A DNA stretch of 64,000 nucleotides from Octopus vulgaris (taxonomy: Eukaryota). The position numbers and the translations under genes are program-made. This document shows positions 12,015 through 24,083 of this stretch, piece by piece (within the stretch, counting starts at the first letter, position 1; every line of letters begins with the position of its first letter). The notes under the pieces are model-generated. The model searched no databases. It was not told the origin of the DNA and saw only the letters and a list, made by a program, of their open reading frames with translations. Location: the NCBI GenBank assembly GCA_951406725.2, contig OX597834.1:22630001-22694000 (forward strand), written 5' to 3'.

Positions 12015-12691
12015 TACATACAAAGATATATTTATGCATACATACATATATTAAAATTATAATTATGTATGTATACACACATGTACATATACAACAGCCT
12101 TCTTTCACTTCCTGTGTACCAAATCCACTTAGAAAGCTTTGGTCAGGTCAGGGCTACAATAAAAGACATGTTGTGGGACCGAACACAAAATTATGTCATT
12201 GCAAAGTAAATTTCTTAAGTACACAGTATTTAAAGGGAAAAATTTGACAAGACAGTCAGTCACCGGCTGACACTCGCTGACAATACATCGAAGAGGCCTG
12301 GGAACAGAAGAAAGAAGACACGCACCCAACACCAGAAGCTGTAGACACCTCCAAAAGAGGGGGCCCCGCCACGTCAAAATGGTAGAGGAGTAGGGGCCAA
12401 AACCGGACGTGGTTCCTCCTGATGATGTCTTGAGCTAACTGGATCCTATAAAGGAGCTGTTGTGGTAGCAGACCACGAAACACGGTTGAAATTCTTCCAT
12501 TCCACTCCTAATTACTAAAACTTTGAGGATATGATGCTTGGTTACCTTTATCAGACTCCACTGTCTGGTCTGCAGACAACTTCCTCTCTAAAAAGACACC
12601 CTAAAAATGATCATGTTAAAAAAAAAACCACAGAAAACCCTCTCAGAAAAAAACAAAATCAGTCTCTGTTCTCTTTCTATTATTTATTCAG

Positions 12692-12762
12692 GTGGTGATG
12701 ATGATAACTCCTCCAAAGGTATATTTGGAGTCAGTAGAGCATCTCAAGCCTTATTAGTATTG
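12692..12762 (+). CDS. UFSP1: Ufm1-specific protease 1, coding exon 4
   Basis: ttcag| (G)GDDDNSSKGIFGVSRASQALLVL |gtaagt; 71 nt, phase 1-0. The GGDxDxxSKGI motif is typical of UFSP1 rather than UFSP2. Confidence 0.92.
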
Positions 12763-13480
12763 GTAAGTAACCAGCTAAAGTAGTGTATCTCACCCTTTTT
12801 TTTTTAAAGCTCAGTCCCCACTTTCATTGAATGGCCCTTTACAAATGTCATTATCCCCCACCAATGTGTTGGATAAAATATAAAAATCACTGCAGACTAA
12901 CTTTTATTAAACAAGCTAATTTCTTGCAATGGCTTATCATCCTTGTCTTCATGCTATCCCATTGCAGCAACCTTATCTTTAAATTTTTATGGAAATTACT
13001 AAAGAAAGACAAGTACTTATATAATTAAATAGTATTAGCCCTTCTGGGTATATCATCAGTCATGTTTCTGCTCATTGTTAACACGATGTTGTATTTCAAT
13101 CTTGAATTCTCTTAACTCAATCTTGGTAAATTTTGTTGTGTCTGCAGAGAGTCATTCTGCTTTAATGCCTTATTAATTAACACACTCACTTGTTCAATTT
13201 CCACATGTCTATAGTAGAAGACACTTGCTCAAGGTACCATGCAGTGGGACTGAACTCAGAACCATGTGGTTGGTAAACAAGCTACTTACCACACACCCAT
13301 ATTATAAATAATTTAACATGAAATTCTGATGGAAAGTTATAATTTAGATCTCTTTAAAACAGGAAGTTTGTATCAAAGAGCCAGATTGTTATCAAAAGAA
13401 TTAACACCCACACGTCTGTCTCCAAATGTTTACCTTTGTGTTGGTGGAGGTTTGTAAAGGACATACATTTCCTAAGTTAA

Positions 13481-13700
13481 GCCTTTGGTGTTGAATCCAG
13501 CCATATTTGGCCAAAATATTCTACTTGTTTTATGTTCGAACTGGCCAGATCATACCTCTCACACCTACCCTGCAATGTCATTCTAAAAAGAAGCATTCAC
13601 ATCATTGAAATATCAAAGCTGCAGAATAGTGCATGTGTAATTCAAAACAATGTAAATAAATATGCATTACATTTGACAGAGAAATCTGAATGCTAAAGGA
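13481..13700. mobile_element. piggyBac-type MITE family 2
   Basis: TTAA-flanked, ends ...CTGAATGCTAAAGGA|TTAA; related copy at about 44135-44348 ending GCTAAAGGG|TTAA. Confidence 0.6.
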
Positions 13701-14036
13701 TTAAGAAGGATCTGGCCCAGGGATAATATTGGTTTCACATTTCGGCACAAGGCCAGCAAGATCGTAGGAGTTGGGGTAAGCCAATTACATCAACCCCAGT
13801 CCTCAAGTGGTATTTATTTTATCAACCCCAAAAGGGTGAAAGGCAAAACTGACCTCAATTGAATTTGAACTCAGAATGTAAAGATGGACGAAATGCCACT
13901 ATGCATTTTGCCCCACATGCTAACACTTCTGCTAGCTTGCTGCCCTCTGGACCAAAGATAATGTTGAGAGTCAGTGAAGCTACTGAATTTGCAACAGATA
14001 GGAATCCACAAGAGTCGTAGATCAGCCAGTGTTGAA

Positions 14037-14441
14037 TACTCTTTACTCTTTTACTTGTTTCAGTCATTTGACTGCGGCCATGCTGGAGCATCGCCTTTAG
14101 TCGAGCAAATCGACCCCAGGACTTATTCTTTGTAAGCCCAGTACTTATTCTATCAGTCTCTTTTACCGAACTGCTAAGTGACGGGGACATAAACACACCA
14201 GCATCGGTTGTCAAGCAATGCTAGGGGGACAAACACAGACACACAAACACACACATATATATATATATACATATATACGACAGGCTTCTTTCAGTTTCCA
14301 TCTACCAAATTCACTCACAAGGCATTGGTCAGCCCGGGGCTATAGCAGAAGACACTTGCCCAAGATGCCACGCAGTGGGACTGAACCCGGAACCATGTGG
14401 TTGGTTAGCAAGCTACTTACCACACATCCACTCCTGCGCCT
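14037..14441 (-). mobile_element. SINE family B, last UFSP1 intron
   Basis: Full-length match to the 8376 copy. Confidence 0.85.
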
Positions 14442-14578
14442 GAATGTACAACATTCCTTAAGTTGTGGGCTTTCTTTTCATGAAACACATGAATACTTGA
14501 CTTTGAAGTTTTTTATGTAAACATTTTTACTTTCCATCTTTAGTTTTTCTAAATATATTATTATTTTGACATTTCCAG

Positions 14579-14722
14579 GATCCTCATTTTTATGGCAAAT
14601 CTGTAACAGAAGAAAAACTAATAAAGGACGAGTGGATAAAATGGAAATCTTTAGAATCTTTCAAAGGAAAATCTTTTTATAATTTGTGTCTACCACAATT
14701 AAAATCAAATGAACTGCTGTAA
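14579..14722 (+). CDS. UFSP1: Ufm1-specific protease 1, last coding exon (DPH box)
   Basis: ttccag| DPHFYGKSVTEEKLIKDEWIKWKSLESFKGKSFYNLCLPQLKSNELL*. Joined CDS is 208 aa with no UFSP2-type N-terminal domain. Confidence 0.95.
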   Translation, partial: DPHFYGKSVTEEKLIKDEWIKWKSLESFKGKSFYNLCLPQLKSNELL

Positions 14723-14726
14723 TAAC

Positions 14727-14732
14727 AATAAA
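14727..14732 (+). terminator. Candidate polyadenylation signal of UFSP1
   Basis: AATAAA 5 nt after the stop codon, followed by T/GT-rich sequence; another AATAAA near 14940. Confidence 0.45.
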
Positions 14733-15665
14733 GATTTTTTGAAATGTTATTTGTTACCCATAACAACCATTTTTTTTTCTAATCATTTATTACTGTTTGA
14801 GTTTCAGATACAGGTAAACACTCACTTTCCAAACACTGATATCCTGAACCTCTTATAATCTGCACTAGTTCATGAGCAGGAACTTCAAATTCTTGTGGCT
14901 GCCTGATTAGTCTAATGGTACCTTACACAGTACAGTATTAATAAACTTGTATCATTTATACTAATGTACAGGCCCCTGTACTTCATTTAAATAAGTAAAT
15001 TTAATATTTGTTTCATTTAGAATGTGTTGACCAAGGTGTCCATTCCTGGTTCAGGAAAATCAGTCATCTGGAAAGTTTTTGCAACCAAAGGTTTCAGATA
15101 ATTGATGTTGTACCTGTATTTTTAACTGAAACTTATTGTGAAGCTTGACTTGAAGTAATTGTCAGGTAAAAGTTTCCGTATTACTCTTCGGTTACTGTGC
15201 CTGTGGCCTCTGGAGCTTGTTTTAGTTAGTATCCCTATCTCAAACTTGCCAAAATATGTTTAATTTAACCAGTTTTGATACAAACCCAGCTGAGACAGCT
15301 CCAGATTCTTTGATATTAATCCCCTTGTCTAAAATTATCAAAATCAAAATCTTCCTTCAAAATTTCATTTTAATTTATGTTCCAAACACCAGCTTAATAG
15401 ATGGCGAAGTTATTGTACTAAATTCTTCATAATTTTCAATTATTAAATGAAACAAAGATAACGTATTTCAACAGAGATATAGTAACAAAATGGTTCCAGC
15501 TGACCTGGAGATAAACAGCAACGATAAGATTTATCCTAGCTTACATTTATCTGTTTATCTTTTAATGACAACCTAAGCTCATCCCTGGCTGTGATACGAA
15601 CTTCCTACTTTAAAGTAAAACTTTCCATCAAAATTTCATGTTGATTCATGTCCCAAACACCAGAT

Positions 15666-16035
15666 TCATCATCATCATCGTCATTTAGCGTCTGCTTTCC
15701 ATGCTAGCATGGGTTGGACTGTTCAACTAGGGTCTGGGAAGCCAGAAGGCTGCACCAGGCCCAGTCTGATCTGGCAATGTTTCTACGGCTGGATGCCCTT
15801 CCTAACGCCAACCACTCCGTGAGTGTAGTGGGTGCTTTTTACGTGCCACCGGCACAGGGGCCAGACGGGGCTGGCAACGGCCACGATCAGATGGTGCTTT
15901 TTACGTGCCAACGGCATGGAGGCCAGTTGGGGCAGCGCTGGCAATGGCCACGATCGGATGGTTTGCTTACGTGCCATCAGCACAGGTATCACAGCTGCAA
16001 TTTCCATTGATGTTGATCGACTTCGATTTTGGTTC
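15666..16035 (-). mobile_element. SINE-like family C with (GAT)n tail, inserted in a piggyBac MITE
   Basis: GGAAGGGCATCCAGC core and GCTAAATGACGATGATGAT tail on the - strand; many relatives in the window. Confidence 0.75.
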
Positions 16036-16489
16036 TGATGATAATGACAAAAGATATTTTACTAAGTTCTTCATTATTTTCAAAGTATTAATTGACACAA
16101 AAGCAGTGTATTTCACCAAAAATATAGTGAGAAAATAATTATGGTTAATCTGATGATAAATAGCAACTTATCAGAGCTTTGTTTCCAATTTACAATCTAT
16201 TTGTTTAACTCTCGTGACAACAACCTACCTGATATCATCTCTGGCTTTATCATACAACCTGTTTTAAAAAATCATCTAAATCCGATTCACAGTCATGTTG
16301 ATTCAGGAGCAGATAATTCAGATTAGACTTTCCTCTAGAAAAAAGAAAAGGAAATGTGTCATCATCATCATCGTTTAACGTCTGTTTTCCGCGCTAGCAC
16401 GGGTTGGATGGTGTCATTAATTATAATCAAGAGTATTTGTGCTTATTTGTGTTAATTAATTGGCATTAAAAGAAAGTTTCTACTTTATA

Positions 16490-16930
16490 CATTGTCTAAA
16501 GATACACACAAGTATTCTCAACTTCAGTAAGAAATTAAATTCCTGCTCATTACTTTTCTCTTTTCTTATTTAGTTGAGAAAAGGATTGAGTGTAGTATTA
16601 CTAAACAACAAAATAAATTTGCGATGATAAGTCGAAGAGGAGACGACTTCTTTTGACTAACATCGAACCTGATATAGAAAATTTAGCTAGATCTCATCAG
16701 GCACAAACAAGTCATTAACTTGCAATGTACAAAGTAAATTTACAACTTTTGTCTGAAACATTTATCATTTCACTGTGAAAAGCTTATACAATCCATTTAT
16801 TTGTGTAAAATTTATAAATCATCATCCGTGAGTTTAGACCTGATACCCCACTCACCACTTGGGTGGGCACTCAACGTTAGTACCTTAAAAAGGGGTGCTA
16901 CAAAAAAAAAGGTTAAGAAACAATGATCTG
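16490..16930 (+). mobile_element. hAT (Buster/Charlie-like) transposon 3' remnant
   Basis: FSYLVEK...RRGDDFFLTNIEPDIENLARSHQAQTSH* (stop at 16718) resembles the Buster/ZBED5/FAM200 C-terminus (QAHPSH); TIR-like AAGGTTAAGAAACAATG near 16910. Confidence 0.7.
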
Positions 16931-17503
16931 TAGGATACCTCATTAATGCATTCTTTGTAGCAATCCAATAACAGTGTTAATTAATAAATATTTAGGTACA
17001 TACACTTAATAAATTGTATGAAGGCAAACCTGTTCAAATGCTGTAGGTAGAGGTGCAAAGGCTGCGTGGTTCAATTAACTTCGCAGTCACGTCGCTTCAG
17101 GTTCAGTACCATTGTGTGGCATCTTGGACATATGTCTTTTACCATAGCCGTGGGCCAACCAAAACCTTATGATGAATTTGATAGAAACTGTAAAACACTC
17201 ACCCACACATGCATATTTGCTTTGCGGGAAGGACTGTTTCTACGAAGTCGCGTCTTGTCCTTACCTTCGGAGTAGACGAAAAAGGGTCGACTGATGAAGG
17301 GGAATATTCCTTGTGTTGTATGTCCTGTACTCTGTTTTTACGTTGTTTGAAAAAAAGTTCGTTTCCATGTTTTTGTTTTCATTTCTCATCGTGTTCAATG
17401 TTTTTTGGGTGTCCTGTACCCATATATGCATGTATATATACATATACATGTAGGTATGTACATATATGTATGTATATATGCATATGTTTATATATTATTT
17501 ATG

Positions 17504-17538
<35 letters not shown>

Positions 17539-17779
17539 CATACACACACATACATACACATTCACGCATACCATATAGAAAGCACTGGTGCTGGTGCTAT
17601 GCAAAATTCACCCAGTACAGTCTGTATTGGCATTAGGAAGGGCATTTGGCTGTAAAAACCATGCCAAAACAGATGATTGGAGCTTGGTATGGTTCCTGGC
17701 CTTGCCAGCTCTTGTCAAACCGTTTAACCCATGCCAGCATGGAAAACAAACATTAAATGATGATGACACACATACCTGC

Positions 17780-17835
<56 letters not shown>

Positions 17836-18084
17836 TGTACGTGTACATGTCTTTGTGTTTGTCTCCCACATTTGACAACCAGTATTGGTTTATTTACAAC
17901 CCTGTAATTTAGAGGTTCAGCAGAAGAGCCCAACAGAATGAATACGAGACTTAAAAGAAAAAAAATAATAATAAATGCAGAGGGTTGATTTGATCAACTA
18001 AACATTTCAATGTGGTGCTCCAGCGTGACCACAGTTAAATGATAGAAACATGTAAAAGAGTAAAAATGGAAAAAAGCTTGGCAG

Positions 18085-18372
18085 TCCATCAGTTATGACG
18101 ATGAGGGTTCCAGTTGATCCAATCAATGAAATAGCATGCATGTGGCTGAGCACTCCACAGACATGTGTATCCTGAATGTAGTCCTCAAGGAGATTCAGTG
18201 TGACAAGGCTGACCCCTTTGAATTACAGGTACAACTCATTTTTACCAGCTGAGTGGACTGGAATAATGTGAAATAAAGTGTCTTGCCCAAGAAACACAAT
18301 ATGCCACCAGGAATTGAACTCATGACCTTAGGATCATGAGCTGAACACTAACCACTGAACCAGGCATCTTCA
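18085..18372 (-). mobile_element. tRNA-derived SINE (family D-related)
   Basis: tRNA-like head on the - strand near 18370; body shared with the 43123 copy (GTGTCTGTGGAGTGCTCAGCCAC). Confidence 0.65.
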
Positions 18373-19199
18373 CAGATGTAAAAGGAGGAGGGGTAAAATG
18401 AAGATACATTTCAAGCAAAAATAACAATTAACAAACATTGACACAAACAATTTATTCTCATGTAAATAATTAAGGTTTGACAATTTGTCATTTTACAGGG
18501 TTTTTCACATTGTTTTTGGACCTATTAACAATCAAAGATCATTAACTTTTTTGCCAAATTAATAAATTACAAGGATAAATAAGAACAAAGACATACGTTT
18601 TTTTTTTAAAAAAAAGAGTCTTTTTTTTTTCACTTTTTTTAGAATATCTCACAGAAACAGTGCAAAATCCATTGAAGATTTAAAAAAACATTTAATTAAT
18701 TCATTTCTAAATTAGACACACAAAGCCATAAATTTTAGCAAGGCCGGAGGAAGGAGAGTTAGTAACATGGCTGGTTAATTATATCAACCACTCCTAGTAT
18801 ATCACTGGTGCTTAATTTATCTGATAATCTTCCAGGAAGGATGGAAGGTAATGTTAACCTTGGCAAGTTTTGAACTCAAAATGACCAATTGTCAAGAGAC
18901 ATTTTTTTTTCAACTGCTCTACCATTGCAGCCAATGAAAACGTCTACACATTTTTCTTTGTTTTTGATTTGTTTTGTTCTTTTTTTAATATAAATAAGAA
19001 CTCAGGGTATTCAAGAACAAAAAAATTCAATAAATTTTTGTAATTTTTAAATAACATTCAAGAGAAAGAAAAAGAAAAAGGGTGAAAAAAGAATATAAAA
19101 AAAAACAATTTTATATTAGCAAATAGCTCCCTTACCCTGTCTTTCATTAACTACCCCCAAATACATGCAGTTATACTTGAGAATATATATGGATCTATG

Positions 19200-19246
19200 T
19201 GTGTATATATATATATATATATACACAAATACATTTATACATGTTC

Positions 19247-19296
<50 letters not shown>

Positions 19297-19429
19297 AATA
19301 TATACATACACATATATACACATGTATACATATTACATACAAATACATAATATACATGCATACATACATACATACAAATACATAATATACATGCATACAT
19401 ACATACATACAAATACATAATATACATGC

Positions 19430-19476
<47 letters not shown>

Positions 19477-19610
19477 CATAATATACATGCATACATACAT
19501 ACATACAAATACATAATATACATGCATACATACATATATATAAATATATACATACACATATATACATATATATTACATACAAATACATAATATACATACA
19601 TACATACGAA
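19200..19610. repeat. Compound (TA)n/(CATA)n microsatellite with a 36-bp higher-order unit
   Basis: ATACAAATACATAATATACATGCATACATAC repeated. Confidence 0.85.
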
Positions 19611-19805
19611 TACCTATACACACCCACACGTCTATTTTAAATGTTGTGACTTAGTCAAGTCTCCTTTGCATTTTGAATATCATACCTGAATTTCCAAATA
19701 ACTTTTTATACAAGCTCTCTCTCTCTCCCTCTCTTTCATTAAATTCAAATTCCTTAACAAACTAACTGTTTTTTGCCATAATTAAAAATTACAAAATTTG
19801 TTTTA

Positions 19806-19836
<31 letters not shown>

Positions 19837-20033
19837 GATATAGTTTAATCATAGGAAGAACAACACTCTTTTCCAGGACCTGCAAGACAGATCAGGGATG
19901 TTTTTGGTACCAGTGAATTTGTGGTGGAACAATTTGGTGCAGAGAAAATTTTCATTTTTATTCTACATAAAAATTAACCGGGGATTTTTTTACTAATTGG
20001 ATATGAATAACTAAAATTACAAAATTTGTTTTA

Positions 20034-20064
<31 letters not shown>

Positions 20065-21558
20065 GATATAGTTTAATCATAGGAAGAACTAACACTCTTT
20101 TCCACTGTAAATAAAGGTTTCTAATTTAGGTATTGGTGCAGTAATTTTGAAAAGAAGGGGTTTGATCGATTAGTCCGATCCTAGTACTTAGTTGGTAGAC
20201 TAGTAGTTATATTTTTATAAGATAACTTGTATTACTAATTATTTTCTTTTACTATAAATAAAGGTTTCTAATTTAGGTATTAAGGTGCAGTAATTTTGAA
20301 AAGAAGGGGTTTGATCGATTAGTCCGATCCTAGTACTTAGTTGGTAGACTAGTAGTTTATTTTATCAAGTCTGAAAAGATAAAAGGTAAAGCTGACATCG
20401 GTGGGATTCGAACTCGTGACGTAAATAACCTGAGCAAATAGTGCGAGACATTTAGTCTAAAGCTGTGTCAGTTCTGTCACTTATACAAGTGTAGCGAAGG
20501 GAGATAACTTTGAACTCTGTTTAATTTTCTATTTTAATACATTTTAATATTTCTCGTGCATCTATCTGTCGGCTTTCAACACCAAACCGTCCATCGTCGA
20601 AACAGCTGAACCAAAACGTTTCCAGCCGATTGTCGCATATGGAGATTAGTGGGAGAGGGGGAGGAGGAGGAGCCGCTACCGAAGAACTACTGCAGCAGGA
20701 AGAAAGTATCACAACCAAATATACAGTTATTCCTCACGCTGGAGACCTAACTAGTGTGAATGCTTGGGAAAAGAGATGAGAAAAGACTGCTACAGACACC
20801 CAATGACCTGGTGGTGGTGGTGGTGGTGGTAGGGACTCGTCGTCCTAAACCAGCCGACAGATTATTTCTACTATAAATATAAAATATTTAACAGCTCCAC
20901 TTTGACAAAGAAAAGACTATAAGAATCTGAGTCACGGGGCCTGTGGTTTCATTAGACATTATAAGCACATATTCAAGATTTTATCGTAAACAATACTTTT
21001 TTTTTTTTTATCAAAGTTATTGAGAGGAACAATTTTTTGAGGAAAGGAGGGAGGTGATTTCACTGACCCCATTATTCAAGTGATAATTATTTTAACAACC
21101 CCCAAAAAAGGTTGGAAAACATCAAACTCAATGGAATCTGAACTCGAGAATGTATAGTCAGAAGAAATACAACAAAGCATTTTGTCTGACATGCTAACAA
21201 TTCAGTCAGCTTGTTTTGCACCAGGCCAGCAATTTTAGAGGGAGAGGGAAGTTGGTTAGAGCAAACTCAATGCTGAAATGATACTTTATGGTTACCAATT
21301 CCAAAAGAATGACAAAGCAAGTCAACCACGGCAGAATTTGTAGTCAGAACATAAAACAGCCAGCAGAAATAAATAATAGAATCGGATAAGAAAAGGGATT
21401 TTTTTTCCCATTCCACTTCTTTTTCCTTTTAATCCAGAATATTCATTTTTTTTTTTCTTTAAATACAAACCACGGGTTGGGGTGGGCATATGAATTTAAT
21501 ATGATGCTTATTGGGGATGATTTTCTATATTAAATTACTGGTACATCCATAACCTCAC

Positions 21559-21590
<32 letters not shown>

Positions 21591-22092
21591 ATAAGTTACC
21601 GCTTCAAACAGAATTTTAAAAAAATACCATAAGTATTTAAATATGAAATTACTGCATAAATAAAATACTTCCCACATTGTTTCATACCTATTCTTTTCTT
21701 TCTTATCTTTTAATTTGATTTTCCTTCTTTATGAAGCCCCAAACTGGAACAGGTTGGGCAGGTCTGCAAATTTACACATTCTTTATAGCAGACACTTTTT
21801 TTTTTCTTCCTTCCCTTTTCATAAGTTGCATGTCTTCCTCAATGGAAACAACCTAATTAAAAATGGGACCAGATTTCTTTCAATAAACCAAAAGCAAGAC
21901 ATATAATGTATCCTGCATAAATAATCCGCAAAACCCACAAAGAAACCCCAAACAATAATTCTATGTAGGACCCAGACATCACTCAATAACCACCTCTTCA
22001 CTTTTGAAACTTAATTATAAATACTATACACGTGTGTGTGTTTGTACATGCATGTGTATATGTTTATATGTGCATGTATGTCTATATATATA

Positions 22093-22314
22093 CCTATTTC
22101 TTTATTACCCACAAGGGGCTAAACACAGAGGGGACAAACAAGGACAGATATAGGTATTAAGTCGATTACATCGACCCCAGTGCGTAACTGGTACTTAATT
22201 TATCGACCCCGAAAGGATGAAAGGCAAAGTCGACCTCGGCGGAATTTGAACTCACAACGTGACGCAGACGAAATATCGCTAAGCATTTCGCCCGGCGCGC
22301 TAACGTTTCTGCCA
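22093..22314 (-). mobile_element. SINE family A in the probable DIPK1 3' UTR
   Basis: Reverse complement of the 1361 copy. Confidence 0.85.
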
Positions 22315-22798
22315 ATACCAATGTATGTGTGAGTGTACAGAGGTGTGTGTGTGTGTGTGTGAAACAATAGGAAGCGGGTTATTATAACAATAACCAAATG
22401 TTACAGCATTTCATTAAGATTGCTAAAAAAAAGTTTAGTTCCTGAACTCACAATCTTATATAAATAATGACCACATCATCATGTGACAAATGGTTCATGT
22501 AGCGAATATATACATGTAGCAGGTATATACATGTATTGCACATGTACATGTAGTGAGTATATTAAAGTGCAATATATTGGACCAAAATAATTCTTGCTCC
22601 CTGAGGGATGTTGGTTTTTGTCTTCTTTATTGCCATCCTTAAAAATGTTTTTAGCACAAAGGCCGCGGCCATGCTGGGGCACCACCTCTTCAGTATTTTT
22701 ACAATAGGGCATATAGTTATGCGATCCATAACCATTGTCTTTATATCACAACAGAATGCAAGCTACCCAATCCACAGGGGGATAAAAAAAAAAATGAA

Positions 22799-23506
22799 TC
22801 ATCCATATTTTATTTGGGACCAAATAAATAACTGGAGGTCATTCAACAAGACGGCATGGTCCATCTCGGCACTGAATTGTCGATTATCAAGGGATTGGCA
22901 CTGGTGTAATAACCGTTCTAAATCTACAGTAATATGATTCGGTGCACCATACATTAAGTAGTCCATAAGGAGATCACATAGGATTTTTAAGTTGGGTACA
23001 ACAAGGTCCGAAGAGCATTTTCTAAGTTCTTGGTTGCATTGAGTTTTACAGTTGTGAGAGAAGGTACAGTCATCATCTGTATAACATGACCGATTAGACA
23101 TTTCTGTTTTCAAATGGTGTTTGGAAACTACTGACAAGATATCAATAATTTTGATGTCATATCTTGGGGTGTAGCCAAAAGATGTTGGCAATATATTGCA
23201 CATGTAATAATTGACGCCATTCTTCTCAAAAATGTCCATCATGAATTCAATCATCCCAATAGACATTTTGGCTCTTTTCTTCCAAACTGGAAATTGCCAA
23301 TGATAAGCATCTGAAAGAAAAATACTGAGCCAGCTGTTGGATTTCATATTGAATAGTTTGTTGTTTGCGACATGTTCCACAGCATAGATACTTCCACAGG
23401 TGCCATTAATACGAGGGAATGTGTCGTTGTCTTGGAAAAGCAGCAATAGGAGAAATTCACGGTGCTGTAAGAGACTCCATAGAGATCGTGCTTCACCATA
23501 GGTCAA
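22799..23506 (-). CDS. DIPK1A: Divergent protein kinase domain 1 (FAM69/DIPK1 family), last coding exon
   Basis: ttttcag| LTYGEARSLWSLLQHREFLL...FPRINGTCGSIYAVE...WKKRAKMSIGMIEF...CYTDDDC...NLKILCDLLMDYLMYGAP...IWSQIKYG*. FAM69 kinase-like C-terminal domain with its Cys pattern. Paralog (1A/1B/1C) cannot be fixed. Confidence 0.92.
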   Translation of the reverse strand: MTYGEARSLWSLLQHREFLLLLLFQDNDTFPRINGTCGSIYAVEHVANNKLFNMKSNSWLSIFLSDAYHWQFPVWKKRAKMSIGMIEFMMDIFEKNGVNYYMCNILPTSFGYTPRYDIKIIDILSVVSKHHLKTEMSNRSCYTDDDCTFSHNCKTQCNQELRKCSSDLVVPNLKILCDLLMDYLMYGAPNHITVDLERLLHQCQSLDNRQFSAEMDHAVLLNDLQLFIWSQIKYG

Positions 23507-23829
23507 CTGAAAAGGTAGGAAAAACAATGGTAAAATGAATTGCCAAGGTGAAAAAAGAAGAGAAAAGAAAGAAAAGAAGTTATATAATGTAAAAACTTTT
23601 TTTTACCAATATTTTCTAAAACAGCAATTAAATAGAAAATAGATCAGGAAAAACATCTGATTTCATATTTTGAATTCAATTTTTGGCAGACAGCACAATT
23701 CCTTTTCTTTCTTTGTTCAAAGTGGGGCAAACATGGCTGTTATGATTAAAAGGCTTGCTTCACAACAAACTTTGCTATTTATAATTCAGAGATTTTTTTT
23801 TTTCCTGTGAAGCATGGACAATTTCTGCA

Positions 23830-24083
23830 GACGGTGGCATGTAAAAAGCACCATCCAATCGTGGCCGTTTGCCAGCCTCGTCTGGCACCTGTGCCAGTGG
23901 CACGTAAAAAGCACCCACTACACTCACGGAGTAGTTGGCGTTAGGAAGGGCATCCAGCCGTAGAAACATTGCCAGATCAGACTGGAGCCTGGTGTAGCCT
24001 TCTGGCTTCCTAGACCCCAGTTGAACCGTCCAACCCATGCTAGCATGGAAAGCAGATGCTAAACGAAGATGATGATGATGATG
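23830..24083 (+). mobile_element. SINE-like family C
   Basis: Core GGAAGGGCATCCAGCCGTAGAAAC and (GAT)n tail. Confidence 0.8.

Noticed and set aside
16574-16718. Terminal exon of a host gene (TTTAG acceptor, ends QAQTSH*)
   Set aside because: Better explained as a hAT Buster-type transposase C-terminus with a downstream TIR.
17226-17420. Hammerhead at CTGATGAAGGGG (17292)
   Set aside because: No GAAA follows the small hairpin and no stem I; at most a Penelope-like remnant.
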